Shown here in pieces: positions 38,933 through 49,599 of a DNA stretch of 64,000 nt (the stretch's first letter is position 1; every line of letters starts with the position of its first letter). Source of the DNA: Nageia nagi. Taxonomy: Eukaryota; Plantae; Pinophyta. A program made the translations under genes and the position numbers. The DNA is taken from positions 205,158,001 through 205,222,000 of the forward strand of contig JBITNC010000001.1 of NCBI GenBank assembly GCA_050084985.1, written 5' to 3'. Under the pieces are notes generated by a model. That model worked only from the letters and a program-made list of their open reading frames with translations, ran no database searches and had not been told where the DNA came from.

Positions 38933-41900
38933 AAATATCTCCCACTTCAAGCTAGTGGTTGTTGAGCTAAGGTTGATGCTTCTACATACTTTTGAGGTTC
39001 TTCTCTCTTAAATACATTTTTCTTTTTGTATATTGATAGCAAGTAAATCCATTTTTGAAAGAATATTATGCTCTTCCTTCATTGGATCAACATTATTGGA
39101 TTGCATAGATGAAGTACTCTCATCTTTCTTCTTCCATAGAATCTTGTAATCCATGTTGTGTTCTTGGATGATCAATTTTAAAAGTCAATTTTCCTATTGA
39201 ATTTGAGCAACATTTTTCTTTTGCTTTATCAATTCAAGCAAGAAGGCTTTTGCATTTTTGAAATAATGCTACATCACTTTCATTGTGTTCTTCAAGTTTT
39301 CATATCTTGCCTACATTCAAAATTAAAACTATTGGTATAACTTAAAAACATTATGAAAAATACCATGAAAATATAATTTTAATTCTAATTGTTAAAACTT
39401 ACATCAGCTCTCTACTTTTCTAAGTTTGATGTATTCAACAATTTCTGGTCATATGTCCATTTATCAAAATAAACTTGGGCTTCAACATTGATGTTTTCTA
39501 GCCTATCCAAAGCCATGTTTAGAATGTCATCAATTGTTCTCTTTTGAAACTTAAAACTTCCTTCCTTTGCATATTTCATCATAGAATTGATGAAAACTGG
39601 GTTATGTGCAATGATCTCATACAACTTGTCTATATGATTATGATTGTGATACCAAACATTTATCTCTTGGGTAAATATTTTTGCCCATTTCTCCCAAATA
39701 CTTAATTTTTCCAAATCTAGAATGAGAAATTAATTAAAATTTTTCAAGGTAGCCTCTCCCACATCAATTGAATTTTTGAAATCTAAAGCTTCATAGCTTA
39801 ATTCTTTGGTTGTCTTTTCCTAAGATGTCAAGGGTGTTTCTTATATTTTGGCTATCGTAGTGGTTTCAAGCTCTTTGGACACATGTTGCTCCCATCCAAT
39901 TACATCTTGCACCTCAAATATTAGTATACTAGTAAGAACAAGTTTGCCAAGATATTATGAAAATATATTATCTAATCTTGAATTTTCCAAGCAATCAATC
40001 TCTATATTGAGCAAACTATCATTTGGCACCTCAAGGCCAAAATTCATATGGGGAAAAGTAACATGGCTTTAAACTTTAAAAATCTTTTGATGACTTGTTC
40101 CTTATGCTTACATTGGTTGAGAGATACTTCCTCTCATTATTTATTGTTATGATGGTGGTGGTAGTGATAATAAAGATTTACCCCATCATAGAGGTATTTT
40201 CTAATAGGTTACTACATAAAGAATTGCAAATTTAAATCCACCAAATATTTAAAAAAATGAAAAATAAAAATAACTTAATTAATAAAAAATTTATACTAGG
40301 TGCTTGAGATGATGGTGTACTTGGAAAATCCTAATTATTCATTCCGTGAATGAATACCAATAGGGGTATATCATGAATCGTTATTTCAACAACCAAATTT
40401 GCATCAAAGAATTTTAATTATTTACTAAAATAATTCTAGTTCAACCACATATAATTTTAATATTTACCTTCCTTATCCTACATAGGTGTTAGATCCCTAT
40501 ACTATGGTTATTGTTGTTCCTTTACATTATTATTGTTATGTCAGCTAGTGTCCTTTCATTGTAGTGGCACCCCTTCAACTCCTATATATACTAAGGAGGT
40601 ATTATCATTTGGATTGTCTATTGTTATGTATTTGATGTAATGTAAAGGAGGTTGCCACCTCAAAGTGGCTTATTATTACTGATTTTATCTCTTATTCAAG
40701 GCATTGAGCTCTTTCTCTTGTGATTTTATGCTATTTTGGGAACTTGGTTCATAACATTTGGTATCAGAGTAGATGATTCTACTGTTTCATTGCTCAGAAC
40801 TAGTCATCATGGAATTTTTGCTACCAATTTATTTTTGCAAGGTTTTAGATTCTGAAATTTATTGGGTTTTTAGAAGACATGCCAAAGACATTTTAGTTCA
40901 AATTAAAGCTCCTAATTCACTATGTTTTTCAAGTTACACTTGGGGGAAGTTAGGGTTTGTGACTAGTCTCAAAAGCAGGTCAAAAATAGGTGTTCTAGCT
41001 AAAAAGTGTATATCTGAAGTATTACAGCTCCAAACTTTGTGAAACCTATTGTATTGGTTATCATATGGATTGAAGTTTATATGGTACAATTTTCAAGGTC
41101 TAGGAATAACAGGTGACTCATGGCACTTCGTACAAAGTTTGGTCTTCTAAAAAATCCAAAACTTAGCACATTTTGGGAAAGTTACAGCCAATTTCTCTTG
41201 GAATATCATAATTTGATGTAACCTATGGCATTGAAAATAAGACATCTAAGGCTACTACATGTAGAAATTTTAGAATCTAAAGGGATAAAATTTTATATTT
41301 ACATCAGTTGGAATTTTGGATAATAGAATAGTCTCCAAATCACGGTTTAAAAAGTAATACTCAGTCAAAATGCCATCGAAAAAAATTGCTACACCAACTA
41401 GACCTCCAGAGGGTTCATCCATGACTATAGAAAAAAGTGAAGACATATCCTTCTAAATATCCCAATTGGAAGAATTGGTAAAAGGGTGTGTAAAAAAGGG
41501 TGATTTGGAGGAATTAAAAGGGGATTTGACAAAAAGGATGGTAAGATCAATTGAAGAGTTGGCAAATAATATGGATCAAAATATGGAAAAGATTGTTCAA
41601 TTCATACAAAAACCAGAGGGAAAGATTCCTAAAGATGTTGATATGGCCCAAGGTTATTAGGAAAATAATGATATTATTTAAGGAGATAAACCCTTCATTA
41701 ATAAGCCTAATTCAGGAAGATATGCTTCTACTAATGGAAGTAATCAAGCATGGTTCTCAAGGGGAATGCAACTCCCCAAGATCAACATGAGGAAGTTTGA
41801 TGTAAAGGACCCCATGACTTGGATATTTCAAATGGAGCATTTTTTTGATCTACACCAAGTACCAACATCACAAAAAGTAACTATTACATCCTTATATCTA

Positions 41901-44275
41901 GAGCCTGAGTAGGTTGTATGGTACTAATGGCTTTGTGAATGTAAAAAGGGTTCTATTATATCTTGGTCCATTTTTATAGAGGAACTGACAGCCTACCATG
42001 AGGATGTTAAGAATAATTCCTTATTTACTCAATTGACAAATCTAAGGCAAAAAGGTTCAATGATGGAGCACATTCAACAATTTCAAAAGTTAAGTCTTAG
42101 AGTGAATGACATACAAGGTGATAGATTGTTGGATCTCCTTATGGGAACCTTAAAGGATAACATTCAACATGAGTTGCATCTATTTGAACCAACATCCTTA
42201 GATATGGCTTTTAGGATGGTAAGGAAGGTTGAAAGTAAAAATATGGCAATGGCTACTAAATGGTTTCCCTTGAACACTTATAAAGAAAATAATGTTCCTT
42301 CTTCTCACTTACCTAAACTAAGAAAATAATGTTCCTTCTTCTCACTTACCTAAACCTACAAAATTGACACCTCAACAAATGGATGAAAGATGAGCAAAGG
42401 GTCTATGCTTCAATTGTGATAGCAAGTATAGTAAAGGACATAAATGTGTGGAGAAGAAAATTATTCTACATAGAATGTGAAGAGGAAGAATAAGAAGAAG
42501 AAAAATCATCCACATTCAAAGAATTAGAAGAGATTACTACTGAAGAAAAGACTCCCACCATATCTTGTAATGCATTGGCTAGAATCACTACTCCTCAAAC
42601 TACACTTCTAGAACTCAACGAGGAAGGGAAAATTATATTGGAGCCAGAAGTAATCACTGAATCAAGAATCCATAAGTTAAGAAATCGATCAGTGTCAGAG
42701 TATCTCATTAAGTGGAAGAACCTACCTATTGAAGATTCCACATGGGAAGACGAGAATTTTCTACAGAAGCATCTAGAACTACTCAAACATTGAGGACAAC
42801 ATTTTTTTGAAGTAGAGGGGCATGTTAGATCCCTATACTATGGTTATTATTATTCCTTTACATTATTATTATTATGTCAGCTAGTGTCCTTTCATTATAG
42901 TGGCACCCCTTGGAATCCTATATATACTAAGGAGGTATTATTATTTGGATTATCTATTTTTGTGTATTTGATGTAATGTAAAGGAGGTTTCCCCCTCGAA
43001 GTGGTTTATTATTACTGATTTTATCTCTTATTCAAGGCATTGAGCTCTTTCTCTTGTGATTTTATGCTATTTTAGGAACTTGGTTCATAACAATAGGTTT
43101 CAATTTTGGCTGTTGAGGAGGAAGGGAAGATTCCTTGTTAGCTTCCTCTTCATCTATCTTAAAATCAATGACATGCATATGTCTTCTAGTCCTATGATGC
43201 ATTTGAGATTCAGTTCGAGAACTAGGAGCTTGAGATGCTATGTCAAATTCTCTTTAAACTTCATGTAGCCATTTTCCTCTCATAGTATCCTCCCTTCTAT
43301 CCTTCATAGCATCAACTTTTTTCTAAAATAAAATACATTTAATTAATACTATGAAAATAGATAAAACATTAAGGTTTATAAATTTTGTATTAAAATTGGA
43401 TGCAATGAACCTATAGTTAGATAAGAGATAGACCTATCTTCACAATCATTTGATGGTGTGATGTAGGTGTTGGTGTTTACTTCAAATAAAACAATGCCTC
43501 ATAGTATAGGCAAAGAATGAAATTATTTGTATTTACCTCACCCACACCTTTTGTTTTTACTCTATTCAACTCATTCTTTATCTTATATGAAATATAGGAT
43601 GACTAGTCAAATCGAGTCCCATTAAAGGAACATATAAGATAAGATACTCCCCAAAAAGGCATATCACCTATTTTTCTCTAAAGAACCAATATGAAAATAA
43701 AAAAATCCATGCAATCCCTAAAAAATTCATTCTTGATAGAAGACATCAGAAGATCCCTTTTCTTCTTGTGGGAAGTCACTACAAATTAAAAAACAAAATT
43801 GTGAATATTTAGAATGAATTAGTTGGATGAAAATTAAACTATAAAAACAAAATTGTATTCTAAAACAAAATTATACTTGTAAGAAAATATATATTCACAT
43901 TATAATTCTCATTAAGGTAGCATTTATCTTTATTGTTGATGAGTATACTAGAATGCACGAGCTCTGCTCCTTGAAATGGTAATCTGGTTAAACAAGCTAT
44001 GTATTCAGCGTTGAAGGAGAAAGTAAAATTTTCTTCTTTTATTCTATAGTCACTAAATTAGTGTTTGTATCATAGTTCTTAATAATATTATTCAATAGTG
44101 CATTCTTTGTAAGAATTTCAAGCATATAGATCAAACAATGTAAAGATGGGTTGTGTATCCATTCCTTTTCTAAATCATCCATTTATTCTAATAGAGGAAT
44201 TAAATCATTGGTTAGGTGATACTTGAAGTAAATACCCTTTCTCCTACCTCTAGATCCATTGTAGCTACTCACCAT
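38933..44275 (-). pseudogene. Spliced accessory gene of the DNA transposon: PMD/DUF1985-like N-terminus, coiled-coil C-terminus
   Basis: ATG at 44275 with a TATA at ~44390. Translation MVSSYNGSRGRRKG...LLNNIIKNYDTNTNLVTI..FSFNAEYIACLTRLPFQG | ...GTRFD*SSYISYKIKNEL. GT-AG introns of 85-98 bp at 43779-43876, ~43323-43410, 40212-40296 and 39311-39402. Includes ORF 39412..39714. Interrupted by the Gypsy at 40487-43092. Confidence 0.7.
40487..43092 (+). mobile_element. Complete non-autonomous chromovirus (Reina-like) LTR element: gag plus chromodomain only
   Basis: 270-bp LTRs at 40487-40756 and 42823-43092 (TG..CA, ~16 mismatches by eye). TSD ATAGG on both sides. PBS TGGTATCAGAG at 40759. PPT GAAGTAGAGGGG. 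gag LPKINMRKFD..., KGLCFNCDSKYSKGHKC. Chromodomain EYLIKWKNLPIEDSTWE. Confidence 0.95.
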
Positions 44276-44481
44276 TGCCTAATTATTCAATCTTATATTC
44301 CTATTAAGTTCCTAACCCTATTTCTACAGTTCCTTTCCTCCCTATAGAATGCTCTCTATTCAAATGAGCTGAATTAAACAATAGCTAGGGTATATATAGA
44401 GAGAAAATTAATTACACTATGGATTCAAATATATTTCATCAATGTATTAGCATATTGGAGGAAGTATTTAGTGCTTGGTGT

Positions 44482-44920
44482 AGTTGGTATAGATGCATTC
44501 TGAATGCTACCAGTTTGGATGCATTCAAAATGCAACCAGTCTAATTGCATTCAACATGTAGCCAATCTGAATGTATTTTGAATGTAATCAACCTAGATGC
44601 ATTCAAAATGCACTAAGTCTAGATGCATTTAGAATGCAACCAATGCAAATGCATTTTGAATGCATATAAATTGACTACATTATGAATACATCTGGACTGG
44701 TTGCATTCTAAATACATCTAAATTAGCTACATTTTGAATGCATCTACACTATCTACATTTAGAATGCATCTAGATTAGTTGCATGATGAATGCCACTAGA
44801 CTGGTTGTATTTTTAATGCATCCAAATTGTCTACATTGAGAATGCATCTAGATTGGATACATTATGAATGCATTTAAACCAACTACATTATGAATGCTTC
44901 CAGATCGACTACATTTTGAT
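44482..44920. repeat. 26-bp tandem array, ~16 copies, second half inverted
   Basis: Units TAGATGCATTCAGAATGCAACCAGTC run to ~44655, then the reverse complement GACTGGTTGCATTTTGAATGCATCTA. Confidence 0.9.
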
Positions 44921-45089
44921 TATAGTTTATACATTTGAACATGTGTTATGTTTTTTCCATGTATGAAATATCATCTCATCTATAATATTATGACATTTTT
45001 ATCAGTTTGAATAATAATTCCTAGCTAAAACCCTTCTATAAAAAATTGAATTATCTTTCATTTTAACATAATTTCTTATTTATTTTTAG

Positions 45090-45650
45090 GTAGTGCTTAG
45101 TGAAGAATGATCCCTATGAAGAGTATTTGCATCTTTTCAACCCATTCAAGGATAGAGTTTCAAATAATGATAAAGATTATTTTAAAACACTATCTAGAAT
45201 AGGAAGAAATTATCCATAGATAAAATATATTAGAGGTTTATTACAATTTCAATTAGATATGGTCATTAACAAGTTGGCAATAATTTTATGGCTTTATTTT
45301 AAGTCAATCATTTTTCATCATTTTAAGTTTTACATATATAATTATTTTTACTTAATTAATTTGAAGGAAAGTATGGGCAACTTTTATTTTAAAACTCTAT
45401 TCTTGAACATTTTCCAATGCTAGTTCATTCTTCACTTCCATGCAGGTGTGGAGCATATCTTCCCCTATGCCCTATGATTATAATAACCTAGAGGAGACAT
45501 CTCCCATGGTGGAAACAACTACAATGAAAAGTCATTATAGTTGCAGAGGATCCCAATCCTATTCTAGCTAAAGGTTGAATATCATATTCTATGGGTGAAG
45601 GAGATATTGTGGTTTCCAATCATATTTGTAATATTCAATCCTACTAAGCT
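45090..45650 (+). pseudogene. Possible third spliced gene of the DNA transposon, function unknown
   Basis: Acceptor TTTTTAG at ~45089, then CLVKNDPYEEYLHLFNPFKDRVSNNDKDYFKTLSRIGRNYP*IKYIRGLLQFQLDM. An AT-rich intron-like stretch at ~45262-45366 follows, then a further weakly open frame. Confidence 0.35.
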
Positions 45651-45777
45651 TAATTTTTGATCAAGTTGTTAGATTTCCACTTCTCCCTTGCACCTATATC
45701 TCAGGAAGTTTGAGCACTACCAGGAGACATCATCCATGGTGTAAAGACTACTTTGCACTCAAATTTTATTCATTAAA

Positions 45778-45802
45778 TGTGTGTGTGTGTGTGTGTGTGT
45801 GT
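45778..45802. repeat. (TG)n microsatellite
   Basis: Direct reading. Confidence 0.95.
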
Positions 45803-46046
45803 ATAATTTTTTTTTATACTAAATGGTTTATGCTTTCAAAAATTTACTATCAACTATGATTTTTAAAACTAAAACATTTTTGTCAACTTTTTACATCTAT
45901 TTTCCAAAACTGTTCAAAAGTCACCTATTAATTTACATTATTTTTGAAAACCCACCTTCAATTTGAAACATGTTTTGTCTATGTTTTCCTAGAATTTATA
46001 TTTCCATTTTAGATGAAGGTTCTTAAAATTTTCTTTGATCACACTT

Positions 46047-49000
46047 GGAGATGATAAAGACATTCAAGTTGAAGGCATGGGATCTATTGAGGTATCTACA
46101 AATGAAGGTAACAAAATGATTAATGATGTGTATTGCATTCCAAATCTAAAGCATAATTTGTTGAGTGTGGGGTAAATAATGGAGAAGAATTACAAACTTA
46201 TGTTTGAGGATAGAAAATGTATTATTTTTTATAAGAACAAAGGGCATAAACATGTCACTACTATTCCCATGATAAGGAATAGATTATTTCCTCTTAGATT
46301 TGGTTATCAAAGCTCTAATTTTTCTTATGTTGCTATTGATGATAAGAGTTAGCTTTGGCATTTGAGCTATGGGAATCTAAATATGACTTTGGCATTTGAG
46401 CTATGGGCATCTAAATTTTGAAATTTTAAGAATCTTAATTTCTAGTGAGATGGTATATGGGCTTCCAAACGTTAAAGAATATAAAGTGTTGTGTATTGAT
46501 TATGCTATGGGAAAGCATTCAAGATCAATCTTCCCAAAAGGTCAAGTATGGAGATCCTCCTAACCCATCCAATTGGTGCATAATGATATATGTGGGATAA
46601 TGCAAACTCTAATTATTAGTAAAAACTTCTATTTTCTTACCTTCATTGATAATTACTCAATAATTTGTTGGATATACTTTCTTAAAACTAAGGATGACAT
46701 TTTTTCATAATTTAAGGAGTTCAAGAATAATGTGGAAAAACAAAGTGGCTATTATTTTAAATATTTGAGAATAGATAGAGGGGGGGAGTTTTATAGTAAT
46801 GAATTTTTGTAATATTGTAAATATTATGGAGTGAGAAGGTAACTCACTATTGCCTACACTCCATAATAAAATGGTGTGGCTGAATGTAAGAATAGAACCT
46901 TGGCTAATATGGTAAGAAGCATGATCCAAACTAAAGGTCTATGCAATATTTATTAGGCTAAAGCTATTAGGATAGATATGTATATTTTAAATAGAAGTTC
47001 AACATCTAGTTTGGATGGCATAACACCCTTTGAGGCATGGTATGATAAAAGGCCAAATATGAATCATTTTAAAGTGTTTGGTTGCTTGGGTTATGTGCAT
47101 GTTCCAATAGAGCATAGAAAAAAATTAGATTAAAAGAGTGAACCTTGTATATTTATTAGTTACTATGAATTAAGTAAAGCATATATGTTATACAATCCCA
47201 AAATATACAAAGTTGTTATTAAAAGAGATGCTATTTTTTATGAAGGGAGAGCATGGGATCATAAAACATAACTTGTTGAAGATGGATCCTTTTATGAAAA
47301 CTCTTCTAATATATAATATAATATTTAGCCTATCCAACAAAATGTGTAACCCAAAGCATTAAATATTCCACAAAATACCACACAAGTGCAGCCCAAAGAT
47401 GTTCCAAGTGATGGTTATACTTATCCAAGAAAGAATGGTAAAGTAAGTGGTAATAGAACACTTGCATATCATCCTCCTTCTCAAATGTTAGATCAAAGTT
47501 TTTTTAAAGAGAGTAACTAAAGGAAAATAAAAATAATCAGATCAAGTAATTAAGAGGCTTGAAAATCTCCATTTGTATAGTGATGATTTGTATGGTAAAC
47601 CCAAGGGTGAATTTGATAGTTTTGCTTTGGTGGCTAGTGTTGATTTAGAGCCTTCTTTTTATGAACTAATTATGTTTGGATGAAGGCCATGGAAGAGGAG
47701 ATACACTCCATTGAAAAGAATGATACATGGGAGCTAGTTGAGCTTCCAAAAGGGAAAAAGGTTGTAGGATCTAAATGGATCTATAAAATCAAGTTTAATG
47801 TTGATGGTACCATTGAGGGGCATAAGGCTAGACTTGTGGCCAAAGGATTCACTCAAAGATACAACATAGACTATGAAGAGACATTTGCTCCTATTGCTAG
47901 ATAAGAAATAATTTGAATGGTTCTCTCCATTGCATCTCATAAAGGTTGGAAGGTATACCACTTGGATGTCAAGAGTTTATTCTTTAATGAATACCTTGAT
48001 GAAGAGGTATTTATTGCTTAGCCCCAAGGGGTTCATAGTCATGGATATATGGGTATTTCCAAAATTCTAATTTCACAAAAGAGCAAAATTAAACCAAATC
48101 TATACTATACACATGATGGTACTGATATTTTATTGATTTTCTTTTATGTTGATGATCTTATTTACATATGTAGTAATTCTATAATGAATGATGCTTTTTA
48201 GAACTCTATGATGCAAGAATTTGAAATGGATATTGGTATTATAAAATATTTTCTTGGTTTAGAGGTATATCAAGATAATAGTAAAATTTTTTATTTCTTA
48301 AACCAAGTATGCTAATGATTTGTTGCATAAGTTTATCATAGATGATTGTACAATTATTGTCACTCCTATAGGTCATGGAGAATACTTAACCAAAGATGAT
48401 GGAGCTATTGAAGCTGAATTGCACACTTATAGAAGCATAGTTGGGAGTTTAATATTCCTAACAAAATCAAGGCTTAATATTTATCATTTTATTTTATTTG
48501 TATCTAGGTACATGATTGCTCGTTCAAAGATTCATTTAAAGGAAACCAAGAGAATTATTAGATATGTCAAATAAACATAAGATTTTAGCATTCATTACCT
48601 ACAAAAAGAAGATTTAAAACTTGTTGAATATAGTGATAGTGAGTGGGATAATAATATTGATGATATAAAATCTACTTCTAGAAATTATTTTAGCCTTTGT
48701 ATAGGTCTTATTACATGGTCTTATAGAAAACACACTACAATTGCTCTATCCTCCAATGAAGCTAAATACATCACCATCATTAGTACTAGTGCAATCCTTG
48801 TGGATGTGAAAAGTTCTTGAGGAGATTAGAGAGAAAAAAATTTGCTTCAAACACCTTGTATTGTGATAACCAGAGTGCTATCTAGTTGGTAAAGAATCCT
48901 ATGCATCACTTCATATATAAACATTTTGATATGAAATACTCTTTCATATGGGATATGGTTGAGAAGAAAGTTGTTGAATTCTATTATTGCAAGAGTGAGG

Positions 49001-49090
49001 ATAATCTAGTTGACCTATTCACCAAAGGCATAGCTATACACCAATTTGTAAAGCTGAGAGACTTCCTAGTCACCCCTCTCACCTTCAAGG
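46047..49090 (+). pseudogene. Copia pol (PR end, GAG-pre-integrase, INT, RT, RNase H): 3' part of the split element
   Basis: [82 protein letters not shown]. Internal deletion in RT near 48035. Confidence 0.95.
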
Positions 49091-49097
49091 GGGAGTA

Positions 49098-49527
49098 TGT
49101 TGGAGATTTAAATTTTTTATTCTTTCTAGAATGAAATATCAATGTATTTCATTATCTATGGAAATGGTATCACACTACTGTAACACTGCACATTTTTTGG
49201 AAACAAAATCACATTTTTAATCATCTTGCATATTTTGTCAGAGTTTTTTGGTAATTATGCTATTTTCTTTAGTTTTTTCTTAGTTGCACTTTGATTCAGC
49301 ATCTATTACTTCATAGGGATGATGGGAGAATATCCTAGAACATGATTATAACTCCTATTTAGTTATTTATAATTGGATTTTAGTGGATTTATGTAATAGT
49401 CTTTAGTATTTATTTTTGGTCCTTCATGTAACCAACATGAGCTTAGTTTTAATTACTCATTGAGGATTTGTATATTGTACTACAAATTTAGTTAATGAAC
49501 AAATTATTGTGTGCTCAAATTATTTCA
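49098..49527 (+). mobile_element. Copia 3' LTR (430 bp) preceded by PPT AAGGGGGAG
   Basis: TGTTGG...TTTCA. Matches 27402-27634. Confidence 0.9.
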
Positions 49528-49599
49528 TCCTTATCACCAACCTATCATTGTGAGGGAACTTAAATTTATCTATTATTTTATTATAAAATATATGATTGG

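Larger units (their letters stand above)
28847..46036. mobile_element. 17.2-kb composite DNA transposon (~9 kb without nested inserts) with a 10-bp TSD
   Basis: GATCACACTT occurs at 28837-28846 and 46037-46046. Removing the insert and one copy restores Copia SKITL|GDDKDIQVEGMGSI in frame. Ends are only weakly inverted: ATGAAATATTTTAA versus reverse complement AAAGAAAATTTTAA. Confidence 0.85.

Noticed and set aside
28847-46036. Classification as CACTA or canonical MULE
   Set aside because: There are no CACTA termini or 3-bp TSD. The transposase motifs are ZNF862/hAT-like, without recognisable MuDR or SWIM domains.
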